Shown here: piece by piece, positions 21,746 to 30,764 of the stretch
Position numbering within the stretch: position 1 is the first letter of the stretch
Layout of the letters: each line of letters starts with the position of its first letter
Origin: Patescibacteria group bacterium
GTDB taxonomy: Bacteria > Patescibacteriota > Dojkabacteria > J137
Length of the DNA stretch: 64,000 bases
NCBI GenBank assembly: GCA_963169855.1
Contig: CAUJCN010000002.1
Location: 645,608 to 709,607 of the forward strand
Direction of reading: 5' to 3'
Notes under the pieces: generated by a model
What the model was told of the DNA's origin: nothing
The model's input: the letters and a program-made list of their open reading frames with translations, nothing else
The model's database searches: none
Translations under genes and position numbers: made by a program

Positions 21746-22444
21746 ATGAATTATCAGCAAAACCAAAATGGAATGATGCCAATGCAACAGCAACAGGCGC
21801 CTAGCTTAAAAGCTAACAAAATGAACAGATCTATGGGCTTCGAGCAATTGATGCCTCTTATTTCTTTCGTGCTAATTGTAGGAATCTTTCTAATGACAGC
21901 TTACGCATTGTTCTTTAATGCAAGTGAATCTGTAACACAGAGAATCTTACGAAAGGCTAGCCAAGTTACAACTCTAAACAACAACGAAATGTTGGGTGCA
22001 GCAGTTGTTCAAATTGAAGATGTTGAATCACTAAAGTCAGAGAATGAAATTCAAAAAGAGATTTACAAAGACGTTCAGAATGGAGACTTTGCAGTAGTAT
22101 TATCAAACAGAATGATCATCTACCGAGAAGCTTCACACCAAAAGATTTACGAGGGAAATACTCCATCACAGGAGCTAAACTCAAGAAATCAAGCTCAATT
22201 AAATACAATTAGTGAAGCTGCAAAAACTGATGGAATCATTCCACAGGACTCAACATCAACTCCTCAAGTTCTTGTTGTAACAGATGTGGCTCAACTACAA
22301 TCTCAGAATCCAGAGTTCTATGCTAATGTTCAAGCTAACGACTTGTTAGTAATCTATGCTGCAGAGAGTAAGATCTTTGTATTTAGACCATCTACAAATC
22401 AAATTGTTCAAAAAGGTAACGTAACTACAAACATTACATTGTAG
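21746..22444 (+). CDS. hypothetical membrane protein with Q-rich N-terminus
   Basis: ORF; one TM (LISFVLIVGIFLMTAYALFF). Confidence 0.4.
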   Translation: MNYQQNQNGMMPMQQQQAPSLKANKMNRSMGFEQLMPLISFVLIVGIFLMTAYALFFNASESVTQRILRKASQVTTLNNNEMLGAAVVQIEDVESLKSENEIQKEIYKDVQNGDFAVVLSNRMIIYREASHQKIYEGNTPSQELNSRNQAQLNTISEAAKTDGIIPQDSTSTPQVLVVTDVAQLQSQNPEFYANVQANDLLVIYAAESKIFVFRPSTNQIVQKGNVTTNITL

Positions 22445-22461
22445 CTCCAAATTAACTTCTA

Positions 22462-22500
22462 AAACCCTGAATGGGAGCAGTCTCATTCAGGGTTTTTATT
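22462..22500 (+). terminator. rho-independent terminator
   Basis: 12-bp perfect stem AAACCCTGAATG / CATTCAGGGTTT followed by TTATT. Confidence 0.75.
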
Positions 22501-22662
22501 GACTTATACTTTTCTTTCTGTTTAAATAAAGTAGTTGGCAATAACTTGTACTTTGTGGCCATCTTAAAAAAGTTCTTGGAAAAATGAAACTCAAACTTTT
22601 TTTACATAATATTGACTTCAGTTTTCTTTTTTGTTTAACTGTAGGAGTACTAATAAAAAATA

Positions 22663-25600
22663 ATGCACATAAAACTATTTGTATCTAAAACCTTAAGAGT
22701 GAGAGCCCTTGTCATATTGGCAGTACTTGCATTTTTATTTGTACCTACAACAGTTTCAGCATCATCAAACACCCTAAACTTCCAAAGTAAGATAGTAAAC
22801 CTAGTAGATGGAACAAACATCGACACAGGAACCCCAGCTTGCGTAGTAGCAGGAAACGGAAACGATTCATGTGACTTTAGAGTAAACATCTTCGATGCAT
22901 CAAGTGGAGGAAATCTATTATTCAGCGAAGATCACACAGATACAGAAATTGGACACTACAACGGAATATTCAATCTAGAAATAAACAGCGTTTGTAACGT
23001 AGTAAGTGATACAGGAACAGATGGTAATTGGACTGATGCAGGAAATGGATGTATATCAAATGGAGGAGTAGACTTCTCAGCAACAGATCTATGGATAGAA
23101 ATAGAATTTGACCCAACAGGCACTTCAACATTTTCAGAAACATTTAGTAGAGTAGAAATCAGAGATGTAGCTTCTGCTAGATATGCTGTACACGCAAGTT
23201 ATATTGATGGGTACACTTCTGGAGACTTCGTATTCTTTAAACCAAATGCAGTACAAACAACAACAAGTACTAATACATTAATAAATTTAGAAACAACAGC
23301 AAATACAGCAAATCCTCTTTTAGTATTTAACGAGAATGGAGCGGGCACACCTGATTTATTAAGATTACAAAATACAGGTAACTCTGTATTCACAGTAGCA
23401 AACGATGGAAGAGTAGGAGTATTTGTAGCTCCAACAGCAGACACAGCATTAAGAATAGAGTCAGCATTACAATCAACATACAACGCAGGTAACTACGATC
23501 CTCTAACTGTTATTACAACAAATGATACGACAGGAGGAAGAACATATGGAGTAAGATCGGTAATTAATACAGGAGCAGCAAATGCACCCGGATCATTAAG
23601 AGCTTTAAGAGGAGAGATTCTATATTCATCAAGTGGATCATCAGCAGGATTTATGACGCCCGTAAGTGCATTTATGCATGTAACGGGAGGAACACTAACT
23701 GGAACAGCAGTGGGACTTTCAGGAACAACAAGAAACACAGCAGGTGTAGTAGGTACACTACAAAACATTAACTCATTCGCAGAAAACTTGATAGGAGGAA
23801 CAGTAGCAACACACCAAAATGGTTACTTCAATCATAGTAATGCTGGTACAGTGACTGGAAGAATGGCTAACCATTCTCTTTTTTCATCCAATACTAACAC
23901 TGTAGGCGAATTTTACTTAGGTACAGAAATCTTTCTATTAAATGGCCCCGCGGGGTTTGTTGATAGGGGTATGATCGGTATTGCAAGCAATGTTGGTAAT
24001 GAAGGAATAGTAGACGAAGACTTTTTAGGAATACAAAACCTTGTAACAAATTCTGTAGGCGGTACAGTTAATCAGACAATGTTTGGACTACGAACACAAG
24101 TAACGAATGACGGAACTATCTTAGGCGACCTAATTGGATACGATTATGCTTTATTTAATACTGGGACAGTAACAGGAAATACTTATGGATACAGAGGATC
24201 TGACCCATATTCAACAGTAATCTTAAATGACTTTACAAATTCACTTTCCATATCAGCATCTGGGGATGTAGCGTTAAATGGAGGAGTAATTTCAACAACA
24301 AATGCTGGTACACTGGATATGTTCGCAAGCAATGTAACTACCCTTAACTTCGGTAGAACTGGAGCAAACGGAACTCTTAACTTAATGGGAGGGGATTCGG
24401 ATACTGGTTGTACACTTAACGGAGTAACTGGAGACTTCTCTTGTACTGGTACGATTATTGGTAGCGTATCTGGAGCATTCTTTGAGGATGGTGGAAATTC
24501 ATTTGGAGGTACAGCAGTATTAGGTACAAACGATACTTTCAACCTAGAAATTGAAACTGATGGATCTACTGCAATTATCATCGATACAAATCAAGATGTA
24601 GATATACTACAAGCATTAACCGTAGGAGGAGATTTTTACTCTCAAGCATTTGCTGGATTTGGAATTAATCCAACTTCGACAGCATTCGCAACATTTGCGG
24701 GTGCCTCTGTTAACGAAGCATCTTTAAATATTGATAGTTCTTTTGGAACAGATGTGGCCGCACCAAATAGTGGAGACTTATGGTGGAACGGTACAGAGCT
24801 GTTCTTTTATGATGGAACTTCTAATGTAGACTTGTTAGGTGGAGGGGTTTGCGCAACTTGTTTTGAACAAGGTGGAAATAGTTTTGGAGCTGCTGCAGTT
24901 CTTGGAACAAATGATACCAATGCATTAAGTTTTGAAACAAACGGAGTTACAAGAGCTACCTTCGATACAGCAAATGGACTAAGCTTTGGAAATGGAATTG
25001 CAATTACTTCTGGAGCAGGTACAGCAATATCAGTTACTACTGGAACAACTGGAGCACTAACTCTGGATTCTGGAACAACAGGGGCTGTTAACCTAGGAAC
25101 TAATGCAAATGCTAAGACTATAACAATTGGAAATGTAACTGGAGCAACGGGAATTGTTCAAAGAGTCGGTACAGGAAACTTTTCACTAGATGGTGTGGGT
25201 GGTTCAACTTATTCAATAGGGGCATCGACAGTAGCAGGAACAATAACAGTAGGAGGAACAGCACAGACAGGAACTATGACACTTGGTTCATCCTCAGCAG
25301 CTAACATAATCAACTTGGGAACCGGAACTGGAGCAACAACAATTAACATAGGAAACAATAATGCTGGGGCTATAAATGTCGGAACATCTGCAAACGCGCA
25401 AACAATTACAATAGGAAGTACGAATACTTCTTCGACACTAATTCAAAGGGTTGGAACAGGAAATTTCAGTTTGGATGGAGTTGGAGGATCGACTTACACT
25501 GTAGGAGCATCAACAGTAGCTGGCACAATCACAATCGGTGGAACAGCACAAACAGGAACAATGACACTTGGTTCATCCTCAGCAGCTAACATAATCAACT

Positions 25601-27414
25601 TGGGAACAGGAACTGGGGCTACAACAATTAATATTGGGAATAATAACGCTGGGGCGATAAATGTCGGAACATCTGCAAACGCTAAGGCTATTAATATTGG
25701 AAACGCTACTGGTGCAACAAATTTAAATCTTGACGCTGGTACTGGAGGAGTAGCAATCAACACAGCAACAACAGGAACAATAGTAATACAAAGTGGAACA
25801 ACGGGAGCAGTAACATTTGACTCTGGAACAACAGGAGCAGTAAATATTGGAACTAACGCTAATGCAAAAACAGTTAGTATAGGTTCTGTGACAGGAGCAT
25901 CAGTACTTAACCTAAATGCAGGAACAGGTGGAATGTTTATAGCAGTAGCAGCAATGCCTGCAGCGGCAGCGGGAAATCTACCTGTTTGTTGGAATGCTGC
26001 TACAGGTTTGTTAAGAAGAGGAGGAAACCAAACACAATGTAATCCTTCTTCTGCACGGTACAAGCATAATATTGTAGATATTGGTTTGGGTATAGAAACA
26101 TTGAACCAAATTAGACCTGTGAGCTTTACATATAATAGTAATAATGAAAATTCTTACGGTTTCATAGCTGAAGAAATGGCAGTTATAAATGAATTATTTG
26201 TTACACGAGATGAAGAAGGTATTCCAGATTCTGTAGATGGCGACAAGCTATTACCTATAATTATTTATGGAATTCAGCAACTAGACGACAGAGTAATTCT
26301 AAATACTGCGGGAGTTCTATCATTAAACAACACTAGTTTGGCTCAAAACGGAAATAGTTTTGGTGCACCAGCAGTTGTAGGAACAAACGATAACAATACT
26401 TTGAGTTTCGAAACAAACGGAGTTACCAGAGCTACGTTTAATACTGCAAACGGATTAAGTTTTGCAAACGGAATAGCAATGACATCTGGAGCAGCAACAG
26501 CAATATCAATAACAACAGGAACGACCGGAGCATTAACATTAGATACGGGAACCACTGGCACAATTGATATAGGAACCAATGCTAACGCAAAGACCGTTAA
26601 CATAGGTAGTATTACAGGAGCTTCAGCACTCAACTTAAGAGCGGGAACAGGGGGAATTCTTATTCCTACTTCTGGGCTTGGAGCAGTCGTCACAGGAAAT
26701 AATGTACTTTGTAGAAACAACACTTCTACAAGACTTTTCATCGGTGCTAGCCAAACTGCATGTAACCCATCGTCGGCAAGGTACAAACACGATATTATTG
26801 ATATTAGCTTAGGAATCGATGCAGTAAGAGCGATGAGACCTGTGTCTTATACGTACAACGAAACCAATGAGCTAGCTCTGGGATTCATCGCAGAAGATAT
26901 GTTCTTGATAGATCCTCGGTTAGTGGTTCTAGATGAAGAAGGTTTACCAAATGCTATAGACACAGATAGAATTTTGCCGATTTTAACAAAAGGATTGCAA
27001 CAAGTAGACTTAACTGTAACTACATTGCAGACAACCGTCGCAAGCCTTCAAACAACAGTTACAGACAATTACAACGCATTAACAATTCAAGATGCTAATC
27101 TGATGAATCTATATACAGCACTCGAGGTAAGGGTTGCTGGACTGGAGAGTAGAGTGTTATCCTTGGAAAATGGAGCAGACTCAAGTGTTGTAGGTGAGGC
27201 GACAATTCTAACGGGAACAGACGAAATTGAAGTTACCTTTACATCTCCAATGACTAGTATCCCTGTGATTCAAGTCACTCCAATAGGTCAGAATTTTTTA
27301 TCGTTCACACATAGATTCGTTGTAACCGATAGAACAGTAAATGGATTCAAAATAAAACTGGATGGACTTTCTCCAGATGACTTCACTTTTGGCTGGGCTG
27401 CGAGGGCTCCATAA
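22663..27414 (+). CDS. giant secreted G/T/N-rich repeat (beta-helix-like) fibre protein with two internal intramolecular-chaperone (peptidase S74-like) autoprocessing domains
   Basis: Signal peptide (LVILAVLAFLFVPTTVSA). The module GGNSFG..AV.GTND occurs three times. Two S74-like domains start at CNPSSARYKH(N/D)I and carry GFIAE(E/D)M and LLPII.YGIQQLD / ILPILTKGLQQVD. C-terminal coiled coil. Confidence 0.8.
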   Translation: MHIKLFVSKTLRVRALVILAVLAFLFVPTTVSASSNTLNFQSKIVNLVDGTNIDTGTPACVVAGNGNDSCDFRVNIFDASSGGNLLFSEDHTDTEIGHYNGIFNLEINSVCNVVSDTGTDGNWTDAGNGCISNGGVDFSATDLWIEIEFDPTGTSTFSETFSRVEIRDVASARYAVHASYIDGYTSGDFVFFKPNAVQTTTSTNTLINLETTANTANPLLVFNENGAGTPDLLRLQNTGNSVFTVANDGRVGVFVAPTADTALRIESALQSTYNAGNYDPLTVITTNDTTGGRTYGVRSVINTGAANAPGSLRALRGEILYSSSGSSAGFMTPVSAFMHVTGGTLTGTAVGLSGTTRNTAGVVGTLQNINSFAENLIGGTVATHQNGYFNHSNAGTVTGRMANHSLFSSNTNTVGEFYLGTEIFLLNGPAGFVDRGMIGIASNVGNEGIVDEDFLGIQNLVTNSVGGTVNQTMFGLRTQVTNDGTILGDLIGYDYALFNTGTVTGNTYGYRGSDPYSTVILNDFTNSLSISASGDVALNGGVISTTNAGTLDMFASNVTTLNFGRTGANGTLNLMGGDSDTGCTLNGVTGDFSCTGTIIGSVSGAFFEDGGNSFGGTAVLGTNDTFNLEIETDGSTAIIIDTNQDVDILQALTVGGDFYSQAFAGFGINPTSTAFATFAGASVNEASLNIDSSFGTDVAAPNSGDLWWNGTELFFYDGTSNVDLLGGGVCATCFEQGGNSFGAAAVLGTNDTNALSFETNGVTRATFDTANGLSFGNGIAITSGAGTAISVTTGTTGALTLDSGTTGAVNLGTNANAKTITIGNVTGATGIVQRVGTGNFSLDGVGGSTYSIGASTVAGTITVGGTAQTGTMTLGSSSAANIINLGTGTGATTINIGNNNAGAINVGTSANAQTITIGSTNTSSTLIQRVGTGNFSLDGVGGSTYTVGASTVAGTITIGGTAQTGTMTLGSSSAANIINLGTGTGATTINIGNNNAGAINVGTSANAKAINIGNATGATNLNLDAGTGGVAINTATTGTIVIQSGTTGAVTFDSGTTGAVNIGTNANAKTVSIGSVTGASVLNLNAGTGGMFIAVAAMPAAAAGNLPVCWNAATGLLRRGGNQTQCNPSSARYKHNIVDIGLGIETLNQIRPVSFTYNSNNENSYGFIAEEMAVINELFVTRDEEGIPDSVDGDKLLPIIIYGIQQLDDRVILNTAGVLSLNNTSLAQNGNSFGAPAVVGTNDNNTLSFETNGVTRATFNTANGLSFANGIAMTSGAATAISITTGTTGALTLDTGTTGTIDIGTNANAKTVNIGSITGASALNLRAGTGGILIPTSGLGAVVTGNNVLCRNNTSTRLFIGASQTACNPSSARYKHDIIDISLGIDAVRAMRPVSYTYNETNELALGFIAEDMFLIDPRLVVLDEEGLPNAIDTDRILPILTKGLQQVDLTVTTLQTTVASLQTTVTDNYNALTIQDANLMNLYTALEVRVAGLESRVLSLENGADSSVVGEATILTGTDEIEVTFTSPMTSIPVIQVTPIGQNFLSFTHRFVVTDRTVNGFKIKLDGLSPDDFTFGWAARAP
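25159..25685 (+). repeat. near-perfect 285-bp direct tandem duplication inside the giant gene (two 95-aa units QRVGTGNFSLDGVGGSTY...NVGTSANA)
   Basis: 25159-25400 and 25444-25685 are almost identical at nucleotide level (e.g. ATGACACTTGGTTCATCCTCAGCAGCTAACATAATCAACTTGGGAAC in both). Confidence 0.8.
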
Positions 27415-27476
27415 TTGACAGTCAAATTCCCCGTTGCCCATAAGTATAGTAGACAAAGGTGGCGCTTGCGCTATTG

Positions 27477-27505
27477 TTGTCAAGTCCAGGTGACAGTGCT
27501 ATAAT
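27477..27505 (+). promoter_or_regulatory. sigma-70-like promoter (TTGTCA-17 nt-TATAAT) upstream of 27525 gene
   Basis: -35 TTGTCA 27477-27482, 17-nt spacer, -10 TATAAT 27500-27505. Confidence 0.5.
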
Positions 27506-27524
27506 GGAAGAGTTACATTATTGA

Positions 27525-28847
27525 ATGAAAAACGAACAACTTTTCAATCAAGAAGCTCAAAGCTTAAGCATTTTATCTTTTTTTGAGAGATTGCTTAGCT
27601 CCTTTAATATCCCTGTAAAGAAAAATACTGTATTGCTTTATGTCCTTATGAGCATGATTATGGGGATGGTTGGAGTCGAGGATGACAGAAACAAAGCTGA
27701 TTTAGCACCTGCAAACTCACCAAGAGTTCCAGTATCAAATATAACTCCAGTTGTCGAAGGTGAATGTGTCGTATTAAAGAACGGTCAGAATGGGGTAAAT
27801 ATTAGAGTAGGCCCAGGGACTTCATTTAATATTCTTGGGCAAGCCTACGACGAAGACATTTATACCTACACAGGAAATGTTTCAGAGGATGGATGGTACG
27901 AAATTAACCTTCCAGACGGAACTTTAGGCTATATAACTGGCCAATTCACAGATCAATTATCTTGTGACGACTCAATTGAAAAAGTTGAATCTAGGAATCC
28001 TAATCTACATTATTTGTCTAAGACTGAGTTAGGCGGTGATCACGGAACTCTCACAGTGTTCGGACTAGAAAACTATGGTTTCAGTTTGCCTCCAGAAATC
28101 CTCTATGCAATATACAGTGTTATAAGAGATTCTGCACAAGAATACTTCGGTACGACAGTCAATATCCCAACAGCTATGGTATTTACAACACAGGACGAAA
28201 TCTTGAAGCTGGCACCTAACGGAAGGGCTGCCTTGCGAAGACAAGAAGAAATGACCGGTCAGGACACTTACCTTAGAGGAGTAAATGAAAAATTTTCTTT
28301 TGCTGGACACTTTCTTGCCCCTTACTCAACTATTGCAGGAGATGTCTACAATGGTGTGTTTATTTCTATAGATATGGTTCAAGATATGAGTGACTTAGTA
28401 CAGATTATTGCTCATGAAGATACACATGCTGTAGGTGGAAATATAACTGGTCACGAAGAAGTTTGGAATTCTCAAATGCGTAGATATGAATATGATTATT
28501 CAACTGATAATCTTGCAGTATACTTTGAAAGAATGGCTGGAGTAGGGTACATATCTGCATTAGATACTGATGGTTTAAATGAATGCAACTATACCCTAGA
28601 TCCGGATTTGTGTCTAAGATTCAAAGATGCTTTTATGGAAGTACTATACCCTCAGCAAGGGGATGTAGAAGAAGTTTTTGCCGTTGATATCGAAGCCTCA
28701 GGTGCAAATGTTTCTGTAAGTATACCTGTAGAACCCTATACTTTGACTACTGTTGATTCTGAAGGCAATGTAATTATTCTCTGGGATGGATTTAAGCAGG
28801 GAGATAGGTATTTCGACAAAGATATGAAACTAGTGGTAGAGAATTAG
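27525..28847 (+). CDS. membrane-anchored SH3b-domain protein with putative HExxH zinc metallopeptidase motif
   Basis: N-terminal TM; SH3_3-like VNIRVGPGTSFNILGQAYDEDIYTYTGNVSEDGWYEINLPDGTLGYITGQF; HExxH in IIAHEDTHAVGG. Confidence 0.5.
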   Translation: MKNEQLFNQEAQSLSILSFFERLLSSFNIPVKKNTVLLYVLMSMIMGMVGVEDDRNKADLAPANSPRVPVSNITPVVEGECVVLKNGQNGVNIRVGPGTSFNILGQAYDEDIYTYTGNVSEDGWYEINLPDGTLGYITGQFTDQLSCDDSIEKVESRNPNLHYLSKTELGGDHGTLTVFGLENYGFSLPPEILYAIYSVIRDSAQEYFGTTVNIPTAMVFTTQDEILKLAPNGRAALRRQEEMTGQDTYLRGVNEKFSFAGHFLAPYSTIAGDVYNGVFISIDMVQDMSDLVQIIAHEDTHAVGGNITGHEEVWNSQMRRYEYDYSTDNLAVYFERMAGVGYISALDTDGLNECNYTLDPDLCLRFKDAFMEVLYPQQGDVEEVFAVDIEASGANVSVSIPVEPYTLTTVDSEGNVIILWDGFKQGDRYFDKDMKLVVEN

Positions 28848-28943
28848 CAAATTCTTTCAAAAAGGGTTCAAAAAACAATCGAACTTGAGGTATAATTCTT
28901 TGCTGATTCTCCTCAGCACTTACGTGCTTCGGAGAACATAGAT

Positions 28944-29018
28944 TCCTTGATAGCTCAATGGTGGAGCAGCCCGCTGTTAACGGGAAGGTTGCAGGTTCGA
29001 GTCCTGCTCGAGGAGCCA
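28944..29018 (+). tRNA. tRNA-Asn (anticodon GTT), CCA encoded
   Basis: Manual fold: acceptor TCCTTGA/TCGAGGA (one G-U), D-arm GCTC..GAGC, anticodon loop CTGTTAA, T-arm GCAGG-TTCGAGT-CCTGC, GCCA 3' end. Confidence 0.85.
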
Positions 29019-29125
29019 TGAAAAATCTTCAAACTTAAGTTCACAAAATCTAGAATATAATTTAATCTCAGGACGAGAAGCCTGTCTTCCGAAGCGAAGC
29101 GTAGGGAGAAGTCCTGCTCGAGGAG
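29000..29125 (+). repeat. 26-bp direct repeat of the tRNA-Asn 3' end (AGTCCTGCTCGAGGAGCCATGAAAAA) at 29000-29025 and 29100-29125; att-like
   Basis: Exact 26/26 match 100 bp apart; the first copy is the tRNA 3' end itself. Confidence 0.7.
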
Positions 29126-29246
29126 CCATGAAAAAGAAAAATTAAAATCGAAAAGGCGAGAAGATGAAAATTTTTAAGATGTAGGATTAGAAAATCTCCA
29201 AGCAGTAACTACTATTCAACTCAAGACGAATTCCAAAGATGCAAAG

Positions 29247-29882
29247 TTATAAAGGATTTACGAAGGTTTCGTCAATTCTGAATACCCCTGGAGATTCTAT
29301 ATAGAATTGAAATCTGAGAGTACTTGTGTTTGCAGGCACAGACATGTTGGCAATATATTGCTCATAATTTGTACTAATATTGTCTAAATTTAGACTATAA
29401 GAATCTATCACGGTCTTCTTCTTGTTCATTGCATAAACTCTTAAGATACCTTTTCCTGTTCCTTCGGCAACTCTGATTTTAGCTCCAAACTCAATGTTAG
29501 AAATACTACCTTTAGTGATGTTTACATCCTGATAAATACTTTGTCCGGATTTGAATTTAGAGACATCGTTTTTATTTTGAACCTCTGCATAACAGTTACT
29601 ATCTGTAGATAGAGTAGGGAATCTGTTCACTTTGAATTGCGTAATGAAATTTTCATTGTAATCAATCTTAGACCAGTTTTCCTTGCGGCACTTCCAAAAG
29701 TCTGAATTCTTTAATAAATTTCTGTTTTTGACTAATTTGTACATGTAAATTCCCATGAAGTTAGGATCTGGATTCTCACGATTAAATGATAGGTAGTATT
29801 CATTGGTTTCCGGATCCTTATGGATACCCATATATCCAGGATTGCAAGGGGAGGATTTCCCACCCCAGCCAGCTTCAGGCAT
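29247..29882 (-). CDS. hypothetical protein (211 aa), no signal peptide
   Basis: ORF only; lies immediately beyond the tRNA-Asn att-like repeats. Confidence 0.4.
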   Translation of the reverse strand: MPEAGWGGKSSPCNPGYMGIHKDPETNEYYLSFNRENPDPNFMGIYMYKLVKNRNLLKNSDFWKCRKENWSKIDYNENFITQFKVNRFPTLSTDSNCYAEVQNKNDVSKFKSGQSIYQDVNITKGSISNIEFGAKIRVAEGTGKGILRVYAMNKKKTVIDSYSLNLDNISTNYEQYIANMSVPANTSTLRFQFYIESPGVFRIDETFVNPL

Positions 29883-29986
29883 TTTACTTGAGTAAACAAT
29901 AAGATTCTATCGGGCGATATTTTTCCGAACAGTTCAGAAACTTCTCTCTGAAATGAGAAAATGTTGAGCAGGGAAAGCGTCCGTCA

Positions 29987-30703
29987 TTAATTAAATCCTT
30001 TTAATTTATTAATTTCCTCGGGAGTTAATAGACGCCATTCACCTCGACTCAACCCTGCTACAGTTATGCCAGCAAACATACTGCGATCGAGTTTCTTGAC
30101 CTCATATCCAATTTCTTCGAACATTCTACGGACAATTCTGTTTTTCCCACTGTGGAGTTTGATCTCTATGATGTGGGGAGCGATATATGCAAGCCTGTCG
30201 GGTTGAATAAATCCATCTTCAAGTTCGACTCCAGATGCTAACCTGTCAAAATCCTTTCTAGTAATAGGTCTGTCTAAGGTTGCTGCGTATATTTTACTTT
30301 TCTCAAATTTCGGATGGGATAGTTTCTGATTTAAATCACCATCATTAGTCAAGATTATAGTTCCGGTAGTGTTCCAGTCTAATCTGCCGATAGGGTAGAT
30401 CTTTTCGCTTGTAGCTCCTGCAACTAAATCCATCACAGTTTGTCTGCCTTCTGGGTCTTCAGTCGAAGTAATAGTATTGGTAGGCTTGTTCAAAAGAATG
30501 TAAACCATTTCTTTTACAGTTGAGATTGGCTTTTCATCAACTGTAACTTTGTCTTTATCACTGACTTTGAATCCAGGTTCAAATATTTCTTTCCCATTTA
30601 CAGAAACTCTACCATCCTTAATAAATTCCACTGCATTTCGTCTGGAAGTTACTCCAGAGTGGGCTAAAAACTTATTTAAGGGCATTACATCAACTTCAGA
30701 CAT
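29987..30703 (-). CDS. rluB: pseudouridine synthase, RsuA/RluB family
   Basis: S4 domain (LNKFLAHSGVTSRRNAVEFIKDGRVSVNG) and catalytic YPIGRLDWNTTGTIILTNDG. Confidence 0.85.
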   Translation of the reverse strand: MSEVDVMPLNKFLAHSGVTSRRNAVEFIKDGRVSVNGKEIFEPGFKVSDKDKVTVDEKPISTVKEMVYILLNKPTNTITSTEDPEGRQTVMDLVAGATSEKIYPIGRLDWNTTGTIILTNDGDLNQKLSHPKFEKSKIYAATLDRPITRKDFDRLASGVELEDGFIQPDRLAYIAPHIIEIKLHSGKNRIVRRMFEEIGYEVKKLDRSMFAGITVAGLSRGEWRLLTPEEINKLKGFN

Positions 30704-30764
30704 CGTATTTAATTATAACCTTATCTATAATACTATTTTACTATTGTGTAGTCATTACACAACT

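Noticed and set aside
23199-26786. Minus-strand ORFs 23199-23483, 23493-23768, 24183-24581, 25494-26063 and 26343-26786 inside the giant gene
   Set aside because: They are antisense to a compositionally biased repeat gene. Low-complexity P/V/A-rich translations are typical of spurious reverse-frame ORFs.
28792-29019. 75-aa minus-strand ORF (MAPRAGLEPATF...)
   Set aside because: It is the antisense of tRNA-Asn (the GLEPAT translation is typical of a T-arm) and of the att-like repeat; not coding.
30549-30764. N-terminal 72 codons of track ORF 30549..31298
   Set aside because: They are antisense to the well-supported rluB gene (29987-30703). The first in-frame ATG with a plausible protein start is at 30765.
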